Counted from the first letter of the whole stretch, positions 12,940 through 23,410 are shown. The stretch: 63,890 nucleotides of DNA, filler included, from Octopus bimaculoides (GCF_001194135.2; 5 parts of 5 records of this genome joined end to end with filler, not necessarily neighbours in it), one strand, 5' to 3'. Numbers and translations: made by a program. The notes: a model not told the origin generated them from the letters alone.

Positions 12940-13500
12940 GACGCAGAATTGGAAACCACACTTTGGACCTTGTCCTCCAAGAAATTAGTTCTAAGGTTAC
13001 CTTTGTAGCTGATGCACTGAACTTTGTTCATCAATGCACCATTCTTGTAAAAGAGTCACCAAAAAGAAAAGCACAATGGACAAATCTTTGTGGTGAGAAT
13101 GTCATCATGTTGCAAGCAGTGTGTCCAACTTGGTGGTGCATTAGAGCAACAGCACTGAAACGAGCAGAAAACAATTATCATACGAATGAGTAATTGTATG
13201 CATATCATGTTTCTTGCTTGACCTTCTTAATGACTCGTCGTTAAGAGCAACAACAAAGGCTACTGTTAAAGGGCTGCTAAAACAATCTGACAAAGCTTCC
13301 ACTTTGTTCGGCATTAAAATCGCTGGGGATATATTTGGAGTATGGGAGCCAGTGGCACGTAGCTTACAGCGTCCAGGCACAACAGCCGGTGATTGCTTGA
13401 AATTGATTGAAAAGTTGAAAAACTCTCTTTCCAGAAGTGAGGTTTTTGAAAAGTATTTCGATGAAGTATCCTCTTCTGACTTGGTGAAAATGCCCAACAT
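12940..13500 (+). pseudogene. hAT transposase central fragment (ZMYM1-like)
   Basis: HTLDLVLQE (HxLNL motif), LQAVCPTWWCIR (LCxTRWxxR motif), EPVARSLQ, FEKYFDEV. Confidence 0.75.
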
Positions 13501-13878
13501 TTTACAAATGTATCGGTATTTATATATTTTTTTTTGTTTGCCTTCTCGACTGATCGATTTTGGCGCGCATTGTCTCAAAGCATCGTGAGCCAATATGCAA
13601 TACAACCAATCGGCACCTGTGAATGAATCATGTGAGACAATCAAAGGCGATCTTTCGATACCAATCCTCAACGGCCACATGCAGGCACAATTTGTTAGTC
13701 CGAATTTGGATGCTGAGAAGTTTGGATCGAATACTCTGAAATACACAGACACAGACGAAGTTTGAAGTAAATCTTTAGTTTTATTTTCATTTTGCACACA
13801 CATACACAGACACAGAAACATCTGGCAACAAACTCCTGTATATTGTCACACATTTCATAAAACACATTCGATCCCACT

Positions 13879-14700
13879 ATGGCTGCTGGACGATATAAGT
13901 TTGTTGAATCTGTCCTTTCTGTTGATGACCTGTCTCAAAGACGTTACAAACTGCGAGACATTATCAACATAGCGAATAGCGCAGATTCAACAAACCAATA
14001 CCTAGCATCTGTAGGATTAATCTGAAAAAGCGCAATACAGTATCTGATGGGAAATTGTGGGGGTGTAGTGTTTGCAAACGAACTCGTAGCATTAGGTGAG
14101 ATTTGTTTTTCACAGATTGGGCAGCATTTGAAATCAAACAGAGTGCTGTGATGGAGGAACTTGAAATTGGGTCAGAAGCAATTGTAAACTGGTAAAATTA
14201 CTTCCGAGATATATGTGCTCAGTGGTGCATCGACAATCTTGTGGAAATTGATGAATCGAAATTCATGCACCGAAAATACCACCGTGGCCGTTATCGAGAA
14301 GGGCACTGGGTTCTTGGGATGGTTGAGCGGAGGAGTCTGAGATGTGTCTTAGTTCCTGTTGAAAACAGAAGTGCGGCAACATTGTTGCCTATCATCGCCA
14401 AACATGTTGTACCAGGAACTAAGATCATCACAGATTGCTGGAGGGCATATAACAGCCTGCAAAACCATTCCACTATCAACCACAGAGACACCTTCGTTGA
14501 TCCCAACGCTGCTACAATCCACACAAATACTGTGGAAGGGATGTGGATTGTAGCATTAAAGCAAAGTATCGGACGATGCATGGAACATCCGATAGGTTGT
14601 CTGAAACTTGAATGAATTTTGTTGGCGACGTTACCACAAGGATAATACTTTTGTGAACTTCATAAAGTGTATCAGACGCTATTATCATGGTACTTAAAAA
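13879..14700 (+). pseudogene. Merlin (IS1595-like) transposase remnant 2
   Basis: ORF 14241-14615: VEIDESKF..RKYHRGR..EGHWVLGMVER, NRSAATLLPII, PGTKIITDCWRAYN, NH..TFVDP, HTNTVEGMW; continues LNEF.WRR. Confidence 0.9.
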
Positions 14701-14959
14701 ATATATTTTATGAAGTTCATAAAATGTTTTCCATTAATTTAGCCTCAAATTCATGGGAATCTATATAATTTTATATTTATGATTTTTATTATAATTTTTT
14801 TTTTTTAAATCTTAGTAATTTGCATTTGTGTCTTTTCCCTCTTTCTTTATGGAAATTGCTGAATTGATTTGACGTAAAGAGAACTTGTATCAAAAGTATG
14901 CCTTTTTTTCTATAGTGGAGGTCATGAAAAATGAATTGACTTGCTGGTTTCAGCAACGG

Positions 14960-15382
14960 GGAATGCATTAATGCTGTGAGTGAGAGGAGTTGCTGTTATC
15001 AGCAGACAATTGTGGAGTATTTAACTTTGAAAATGCACATCTACCTGCTTCTTTCGATTTGCTCTTACTGTCATCGCAAATCAAACTTCTTGCTGGCCTA
15101 TGGACGGAAAGGGATAAATTGCCTAAATCATTTAGTGACATAGTTGAAGAATGGAGAGCGTCCGATGCCATTTATCATTCTAGTATGTCACAAGTGTTGG
15201 TGTTAATGCAGCTTGTCTTGTCTTCACTTGTATTTGTTGCATCAAGCGAAAGAACATTCAGCGCACTTCGCCATTTGAAGACCTGGCTCCGTACCACTAT
15301 GACACAGCACCGTCTTACACATTGTGCCATAATGCATGTACATAAAAAATATACGATGAAAACACTTTGCACATCCTCATGA
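14960..15382 (+). pseudogene. hAT transposase C-terminal dimerisation domain
   Basis: ASSERTFSALRHLKTWLRTTMTQHRL, the canonical hAT dimerisation motif. Confidence 0.85.
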
Positions 15383-15574
15383 AACGTTTCATTAGGAAAA
15401 CTTTTGGAATATGTTGATACAGTTTTTTTTATATACGTGTGAATTATGGAGTGATGCAAAAACTCGGCTTACTTCCATTTTAACACTTCTTATAGCTTCA
15501 TTATGTCTTTCTTGGTAAACTGACATTTGAATGTTCAGAGAAAACTTTAAAAGTAACTATTAGTGACTTCTCTC

Positions 15575-16640
15575 GAAGATTAACAAAATTTGGCATCGTG
15601 CTGTTATCAAGTACCTGTAGAAAAAGGATTTAGTCCCCAAGGACATGATATATTGGAGGATGATGCTCCAGTTTCATCAAGTCTAAAAGTGATTTGAGCA
15701 GAGATAATTTTGAGAAGACAAATGATCTGAACAGTCTGAAACTGTCTCCACTGGAGAGAAAAAAAATAAGTTGCCAGTGTTATTAGCATATCACGTGTGA
15801 GAGCTGAGAATATTCTACATAATAAATTTGGCACAACAAAAGTTTCTGCTTGGTGGGTGTTGCCTCTTCTGACACCTGATTAAAAGGGCACCAGGCTGAT
15901 CACATTTGGAGAATGTCTGACATTACTTGAGGCAAATCCAGTTTCCTTAAATGTGTTGGGTTCATCATTTTGAGTTAGAGAATAAGAGAAAATCTAACTG
16001 TGGAGACACACCAAGCGTTAAACTAATACATCCTTTTGTTGTTTACACCACCTGTCCTCGTCTGTTGTTGTTTTTTTCGTAAATTCCCCCATATATAATA
16101 CACGCTCACGTGGTCGCACCAGCTAATCCTGTCCCCACTCATCAAACACAAACTTTTGGATTCTACCTTCTTTCATTCTGGATTTTTTCTTTCTGGACTG
16201 TTTTATTCTGAACTCTACACTGGACCCATCTTCTGATTGGAAATCGCTTCCTTAAATGTGTTGGGTTCATCATTTTGAGTGAGAGAATAGGAGAAAATCT
16301 AACAGTGGAGACACACCTCAATACTTACTCTAAAGAAGGTCAGCAAGATCGTTTAATCTGCAGGGAAGGTGATGGCCTCAGTATTTTGGATTGCAAAAAG
16401 CATCGTGTTTATTGACAACTTTCAAAAGGCTCTCAGCATCAATGGAGAGTGCTGTACTGTGCCACCTTTCTAAGGCAGTTGCGAAAGGCTATCAAGGCCA
16501 AACGCAAGGAAAACTGTTGAGTATGTTTTTCTTTCATCAAAACAAATACTGCAGTGCACAAGTACTTCTTTTGAATGAATGCAAACAATTTCTCCAAGCG
16601 GTCAATTTTCTCAAAAATCTCAAAATTAGAAGAAAGTAAT
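15575..16640 (+). pseudogene. mariner transposase remnant, interrupted at 16013-16247
   Basis: Manual translation: IWHRAVIKYL, NILHNK..TKVSAWWV..LLTPD (WVPxxL motif), WVHHFE, AGKVMASVFWIAKSI (GKVMASVFWD motif). Confidence 0.8.
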
Positions 16641-16859
16641 GATGATCTCTTACCTATATTATACGTTAACGAATTCTTAATTGAGGGTGGATGATTACTA
16701 TTAGCATTAATATGTCTAATGTCTTCATTAATTTTATGGAATGCATCTAAATAATTAACATTATAGTTTTCATTATATATAGTAATCGTTAATCCATTTC
16801 GTTTAAAAAAAACTATATAGTTTCTTCTTACTCAAAGCAGGATATAAAGAAAAAGTCAG

Positions 16860-17420
16860 ATATATTAATTCTGTTAGGGGAGACCCAAAGATGAACCGAA
16901 TCCTCCAAACGTACATCATCATAAAAAATTAAATGGCAACCAAAATCCTTAAAGTTTTTAACCCAGGCTAAACTGCACCCAATAACAACCACAAAATCAA
17001 GTCAAAATGTGTGGAAAGGTCAACTGCAGGATCTGTGTCAACTTATTAGAAGGTTTGGAATACACATTAGAACATGGCCATCATTTTACCATCAGAACAA
17101 ACTTCACCTGTGCATCGGAAAAACTTAATTTACGTGATAACACGTGCAGGGTGCAATGGGCAATATATTGGCCATACAAAAAAACAGCCTACGAGAAAAG
17201 ATGGCAGAACATAAATCAAGAATTAACAATCCTGAAAACAGGAAAATACCTGTCAGCGGCCACATAGACAGATGTGCATCAAATAAAACTCCAAAATTTA
17301 CAGCTTTCCCACTTTACCAATTCAATAACAACGCAACCTTCATTTAAAGTCATAACAAAGAAATTCATTTCATTAGAAAATTCGGACCAAGTTTAAACAC
17401 CCTGGGCCAGGAATATTAAA
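16860..17420 (+). pseudogene. Penelope-like element 3' end, GIY-YIG endonuclease remnant
   Basis: CGKVNCRIC, TNFTCAS, LREKMAEHKSRI, PVSGHI..C, EIHFIRKF..LN follow the PLE GIY-YIG layout; frameshifted. Confidence 0.75.
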
Positions 17421-17606
17421 ACCAAAAAATTCTACAACTCCAACCGCCACTCATTACCATACCATGGTCACTGCTACTGCTTACTCAATGCACAAGACAG
17501 CCATTATGTCCCCACACATAAAACGCTACCAGGTGGACTCTGTTGAAACTAGTAAGATATAGTTATGAACTTTTCTTTTATTACACTTAACTTTTTAAAA
17601 ATATAT

Positions 17607-17654
17607 ATTTTTGATAAGGTTTGTTTCTTCAAGAAGAACCGAAACATGTAAAAT
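17607..17654 (+). ncRNA. Degenerate minimal type I hammerhead-like motif
   Basis: ATTT-TTGATAA-GGTT..AACC-GAAA-CATGTA-AAAT; core mutated (C3U, G8A); palindromic ACATGT in the helix III position. Confidence 0.4.
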
Positions 17655-17784
17655 CTCTCAGAAAATTAGAATTTATCTTATACAGTGGCGTCTTCAAACT
17701 TCTTTTTTTATTCCACAATGTAACCTTGTGCATATCGTTGGCGAGTTTTTCTTCCTCCGTCTTCCCTTCTTTGGACTTTCCTAT

Positions 17785-17819
17785 ATTTCCGATGAAGAGC
17801 TCCGTTTGAAACGTCAAAT
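17785..17819 (+). ncRNA. Minimal type I hammerhead-like motif in PLE terminal repeat
   Basis: ATTT-CCGATGA-A-GAGC-TCC-GTTT-GAAA-CGTC-AAAT; 4-bp helix I, palindromic ACGT, U4C variant. Confidence 0.6.
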
Positions 17820-18009
17820 TCTCTTTCTTTCCTTTCCTGAGCATCCAGTAAAACAATATCTGTATCACTCACGCTCACACGGATCCCGGCCTTTCGACTG
17901 AAGTTGGAGTACCCAATTCCTGGAATTCTTGTGCCTTTGGGTTACTGTTCCTGTTGGATGACGCCATTCCTGCACCTTGATTACATAATGAGCCACAAAA
18001 CCACAGCAA

Positions 18010-18717
18010 TAATAATGAATTCACCAAAGGAATCTTCAAGACCCAGAACACTCCTCCACCAAACAGCCACTTGGAAGCATTTGAAAACGAAGTATGGGAC
18101 ACCATCAAAAATACTGGATTCAAGCGACACCCACTCAGGAACAATAGTTACCAAAATTACCTTAAAGACCTCCTGCACAAGCTAAAATCCCAGAACGGAA
18201 TTATTGTTCACTTGGACAAAACAAGAAATTCTTATACTATGGATATTAACTTATACCACCAACTGCTACACAAAGAAATTACAAAAAAATATTAAATAGC
18301 ACCTTACGATCCATGAACTTAACCGCCAAGGACATCATGTTAGACTACAGCTTAGGTGAAAAAACAGAGCCATTTGTACCACTTAGACGTAGAATCACAC
18401 TAAAAGACCATAAACCGAACTTCCTAACAGACACTCAAGTTAGATTAACATGCCCAAATAGATCAGACCTATGTAAATTAAGTAAGCAAATACTAGATAA
18501 ATACATCCCTAAGGTAAAAAGTAGACTCACCCTTGAATTATGGTCCAACACATACGAAGCCCTAAATTGGTTCTCCAAAATACCAAACACAAAAAAAACT
18601 ATAAATCCATACAGATAGGCATAGTAGATTAGTACTCCTCAATTAACCCCACGATCCCAAATAGTGCCCTAATATTCGACAAAAACCACTCACATCTAAC
18701 TATGAAAGAAATAAAAG
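18010..18717 (+). pseudogene. Penelope-like reverse transcriptase, N-terminal half
   Basis: LEAFENE, LDKTRNSY, ITLKDHKPNF, RLTCPNRSDLCKLSKQILD, WSNT.EALNWF, DIVD.YSSI; contains stops. Confidence 0.75.
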
Positions 18718-19169
18718 GGTGCACATTGGGATTAGACACTGATGGAAAACCACTGTAACTTCTACCTTTTCATTTTGTCGTTTTCACTTTTGATAATGTT
18801 TTCTACATATCACAGTCATGCGATTCCCCCTATAAAATTTTTTTGACCCCCCCACCCAAATTTCCCTTTCTCTATCAATTTGAAACGAAAAGACGGGATT
18901 GGTTTTACCAGTACCTCTTTCTTGACTTCTCTCTGTAAAGGGTTCGTCCTCTTTCTTGACCTCTTCACGCCACTATTGTTCACAATTGAATTCAAGTATT
19001 CATAGTAGCGTGTTGCGTAAATTTTTCAAACCCCATATACCCAAAATGTTTTCACTTCGTGTTGAATTATAGAAAAAGGTTACAGGATACATTTCTGGAT
19101 TTTTTGAAAGAAAACAAGTTAATTGCACAAAAAAAAAAAATCTATTTGTTGTCGTCAAATGAAAATTCA

Positions 19170-19912
19170 ATCTTTTCAACGTGCTATTGACGGAGTTATT
19201 TAGCAATGTAATTCATGCAGTAAAATGATCTCTATAAGAAAAAATACTTTTGTAGAGAAATGCCACTTGACAGCGTTTATATTATTTCAAGTAATAGCAG
19301 ACTTTATATTTGAATTGCCAGTAACCTGTTCCATGAGTTGAAACAATATTAGCAACGACACGGCCATTCAATGGTACGAATACTGCTGAGAAATATGTTC
19401 AGTCAAGTTACTGAAAGTTTAGAAAAAATTAGGTGGACTGAACCACACTGTACAAGTGGATGAAAGCCTGCTTTTCAAGAGGAAAAATGAGGTTGGCAGA
19501 ATGGTTGACAAGTTTTGGGTGATAGGCTTTTACAATGTGATTTAGAAAAAGGGCTATATGCAACAAATAACTGATAGAAAGGCTGAAACGTTAGAAGTTG
19601 CAATCATTGAAAATGTGGAGCCAGGAACTACGATTTTCACGGATATGTGGCCCAGTTACCAAAATCTTCAGAAACTGGGATACATTCATGGTACCATGAA
19701 CCATTCAAGGAATTTTGTTGATCCCGTTAGTGGGCTATGTACCAATAGCGTAGAGGCATTCTTGTCACGGATAAAACGTAGACTGAAATACGAAAGTGGA
19801 TCATGTGGTAACATGGAATGGTCACATATTGATGAGGCAATGCACCGTGATTATTACAATATGAAGTATAAGAATTTGCGGGAGAACTTTCAGACATTTA
19901 TCAAGCACACAG
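19170..19912 (+). pseudogene. Merlin (IS1595-like) transposase remnant 3
   Basis: LGGLNHTVQVDESLL..RK...GR, FWVIG, RKAETLE..I..NVEPGTTIFTDMWPSY, MNHSRNFVDP, CTNSVEAF. Confidence 0.9.
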
Positions 19913-20135
19913 CAATTAACCCCACGATCCTAAATAGTGCTCTAATAGTCGCCAAAAACCACTCGCATCTAACTATAAAAGAAATAAAAGTAATACTTGA
20001 AGGAAGGAAATCAGTGATAAGCTTTGATAACAAACTCTGGGTCCAGACGGACTCCCCAAACTGTTTTGATATCACTATGGGAGCCCCAGATTCAGCTCAG
20101 ATAACTGACTTAGTGGGCATATATTTACTTTCATA
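19913..20135 (+). pseudogene. Penelope-like RT continuation (palm region)
   Basis: FDITMGAPDSAQITDLVGIYLL resembles the PLE RT motif FDVTMGSxDGAExCELVG; first 78 bp duplicate 18640-18717. Confidence 0.75.
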
Positions 20136-20392
20136 CATGTGTCAACCATTAACAATAAAGTAGCCACTGAAGCCATTTATACAAATTTTAATTACGACCT
20201 CTTCGCAGCCACTCCTCCTTCCAGGCATCTGCATGGCGTGATACCTAAAGGGAAACGTCACGGAAGAACCACTTTAGTGGACGCCGATGCCAATGCCAAC
20301 AACATCTTGAAACACTTATCAGGGAAGTTTGTAAGCAAGTAATGCCATTGCTGCTGATATCACAGGTCTGGTTTTAAGAGTTATAAATAGCC

Positions 20393-21310
20393 TTGACGAA
20401 ACCAGCTAACATCAGATCCACCATGGAGACACCACTGAACGCAGCACACGAGCTAAAGAAGAAATTTGAAGAACCAGTGAGATCAGAAACTCTACAACTT
20501 TACACATGGGTGTACAGGTTCGAAACCGATGATGACTTCACATGGGACGAAACACCAGATATTCACACAGCAACCTCTACATTCAATTACCAACCAAATG
20601 CAGCGAAGAATTACTTAGTTAATCTACTCAACAAACACCCATTGATCGTATTTCATAAATCTTCCATAAGCAAAGTTAAACACTGCTACGATCGACCGCA
20701 CTTTCACATCATCTCATGGCATAAGGACCACCCAACAAATATACACAGCTTCCAAATGCTGAAAAACAGCATACAAAAACTGTATAACTTGCAAGCACAA
20801 AAAGTATTTACACAGCACAGATTCTGTAATTACTTAGCACAGGACCAAACGATCCGATGGGTCGTCGCTGCAAACCAAATAAACACCCCCGGACAAAAGA
20901 AATGTTCGAATCATTGACTTCAAAACCATTACAACAACCGGACGTAGACTCGGACAATGATTCAAAAACATCAGCCATCATGCCCACCAACACAGTGAGA
21001 GGGCACAAGTACGACTTCTTAAAAAAGATTATGAAAAAATGCAACAGCACAGACATAGGGGACCTCATTCGGTTCTGTAAAACCACGAACAGGGTCAAAT
21101 ATCAGAACGAGTGGAATAACATTTACCGTAACACACCTAATCTACAAACAATCATACAAGCAGCTGCAACTGAAACGAACATAGAAACACTCGCAACACC
21201 CATATAGGAACAGGTAAGAGAGAAAAAAGACTACTTAATAATATGGACGCATACGACTTCGCTAAGAAAACGTTCGAGGTATGCCACAAAATCAATCCCA
21301 AAGTTAACGG
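20393..21310 (+). pseudogene. Parvovirus/densovirus NS1-like endogenous viral element, frameshifted and truncated before Walker A
   Basis: HUH motif RPHFHIISW and downstream FCNYL in ORF 20393-20917; linker KYDFLKKIMKK...TPI in ORF 20857-21207; a third frame from ATG 21243 gives MDAYDFAKKTFEVCHKINPKVN, like the segment before the SF3 helicase Walker A in NS1. Confidence 0.65.
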
Positions 21311-21312
21311 AA

Positions 21313-21648
21313 GTGAGACAAGACCGCTTGAACACCATCGCCTATCGTAAAAGTCTTTGCAAAGGTGTCATGAAACCATGCAGTTCCAGATGGTTATTAC
21401 AGGCGTTCGGTTATAAGCCAAACATGGATTATTCATCCTACCCTGAAATCTCCATTTCCAACAAAGAAGATTCAAGCGAGAAACCTGCTCGGAAAGTAAA
21501 CCCGAGTGAAAGTGCCCCTACCACCATCAAAACGAAAAACCATGGAGGTGAAAGGGCCAAGAAAGAAGAATTGAAAGCAGGAAAAACCAATAAATCAAAA
21601 GATGAAACAGCCAAAGAAAGAAGCAGACCTGAATATCCATATAACAAA
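21313..21648 (+). other. Unassigned Lys/Glu-rich open frame cut by a gap
   Basis: Open for 112 codons up to the N-run; no family recognised. Confidence 0.3.
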
Positions 21649-21748
21649 NNNNNNNNNNNNNNNNNNNNNNNNNNNNNNNNNNNNNNNNNNNNTTAATTAA
21701 TTAANNNNNNNNNNNNNNNNNNNNNNNNNNNNNNNNNNNNNNNNNNNN

Positions 21749-22138
21749 GGGGAGACGGGAGGAGGTGATGAGGTCATGGATAGTGGAGGACACCGTTTGT
21801 TGGTAGCTAGGCTTGAGGTTGGAGGGCAAAGAGCAGTAGAAGGAGGTGTCTTGAAGTTGGCAGAGAGCTTCTGCCTTGTAGAGGTCCGCACGCCACACCA
21901 CCACAGCTCCACCCTTGTCGGCTGGTGTTATGATGATGTCTTTGCGGCGTCGGAGACATCGAAGAGCCGAGAGTTCGGCTGGCGAAATGTTCAGATGTCG
22001 GGGACGCCTGGAAAAGTCAAACCAGTCCACAGCGCGCTGGCACGTGCCCGCCAAAGAGATCGACTGCTTGGAACTGGCCAGGAGCTGACGTCTACTGGGA
22101 TGGTCGGCGGCCCAGGTTAGTGAAGCAGTCGTCCTCAT
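21749..22138 (-). pseudogene. Penelope-like RT N-terminal fragment
   Basis: NISPAELSALRCLRRRKDIIITPADKGGAVVVW..DLY..EA..QLQD. Confidence 0.85.
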
Positions 22139-22697
22139 TAGATGCAGTTGGACTGCATTTAATGCATATCAGTGGAGATAACTTTTATAGTATTTAAAAG
22201 GAATAGAAATGACTTATTTCCACATTAAGATAACAGTAAGACCCTAACGGTATTATGCGCCGCGTTAAAGAATGTAACTCAAGATATATGTGCATAAAAT
22301 GTAAGTGTATATTTGTGATATTATATACATGTTTGTGTAGAGAGAGAGAGATAGAGAGAGAGAAAGAGAGATAGAGAGAGAGAAAAGAGATGGGCGGTTT
22401 ATAGTGTTACTCTGGGTTTCACGTCCATAATACGCTTAGCTTTACTACTTTTCTTCAAGCAAGTGGCTTCTCTATCTTTACCTGTATATTGTACTGCTGT
22501 ATAATCTAGAGTGTGCTTATTTTTCTGATTTATGATTTACTGACTATATATATATATGTGTGTATGTACGTGTGTGTGTATGTATGCATGCATATATGCA
22601 TGTATGCGTGTATGTATATATGTGCGTTTGTATGTATGCCATTGATGTTATCCAAGGGAAAGGCAAAGGCTGATACAGCTTGGCACCAATGACGTCG

Positions 22698-23011
22698 CAA
22701 CTCATTTCTACAGCTGAGTGAACTGGAGCAACATGAAATAAAGTGTCTTGCTCAAGAACACAACACGCAGCCCGGGCCGGGAATTGAACCCACAACCTCA
22801 CGATCGTAAGCTCGACGCTCTAACCACTAAGTCATGCGCCTTCACATATATGTATACATATATGTGAAGGCGCATGACTTAGTGGTTAGAGCGTCGAGCT
22901 TACGATCGTGAGGTTGTGGGTTCAATTCCCGGCCCGGGCTGCGTGTTGTGTTCTTGAGCAAGACACTTTATTTCATGTTGCTCCAGTTCACTCAGCTGTA
23001 GAAATGAGTTG
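22698..23011. repeat. Perfect 314-bp palindrome of a family C SINE 5' half, ending at a gap
   Basis: 157-bp arms, no spacer, centre TGTA|TACA at 22854/22855; tRNA-like head GGCGCATGACTTAGTGGTTAGAGCG...GGTTCAATTCCCGG. Confidence 0.9.
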
Positions 23012-23252
23012 NNNNNNNNNNNNNNNNNNNATATATATATATATATATATACACACACATATACACACACATACACGCACATATACACGCACGCACACAC
23101 ATATATATGTACGTATGTATGTATGTATGCATGTCTTTATGTGTGTATGTTTGTATGTATGTATGTTTGTATGTACGCATGTATGTATGTATATTCATTT
23201 ATATTTCTGGTCACTTCAGCAATGTAACATCTTTGGATTTTTCCCTTTCTCC

Positions 23253-23390
23253 TTTCCGACAAAGAACTATGCTCGAAACGTCAAACTCTCTCCTTTCATC
23301 GAGCGTCAAGCTAATACATTTCTTGTACACGTCCTCACTTTTGTTTTCTCGTTTTTTTTATTCCATAATTTGAATTGTTTGTTTATTTGA
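23253..23390 (+). mobile_element. PLE-type terminal repeat with degenerate hammerhead motif
   Basis: TTT-CCGACAA-AGAACTATGCTC-GAAA-CGTC-AAA at 23253-23285; downstream GAGCGTCAAGCTAATACA is related to 16013-16033. Confidence 0.5.
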
Positions 23391-23410
23391 ACTGACTGTC
23401 TCTCTCTCTA

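Noticed and set aside
11920-19912. Bacterial IS1595 contamination
   Set aside because: The transposases are decayed, interleaved with eukaryote-specific piggyBac, hAT and PLE sequence, and have no bacterial genes nearby. Merlin is the simpler explanation.
20393-20917. Helitron Rep as the identity of the HUH ORF
   Set aside because: The VEFQxRGxPHxH context and PIF1 helicase motifs are absent, and the downstream K..PKVN segment fits parvoviral NS1 better. Not fully excluded without a profile search.
21693-21704. TTAATTAATTAA islands (also 47472-47483, 60864-60875, 62824-62835)
   Set aside because: Each is centred in an N-run (44 N + 12 + 44 N = 100 bp at the first site). This is an artificial all-frame stop linker from scaffolding, not a piggyBac site or a biological motif.
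22855-22940. tRNA gene (also 4110-4195 and family B heads)
   Set aside because: A and B boxes are present but the sequence continues into a multi-copy SINE body and the acceptor stem does not close. These are SINE heads.
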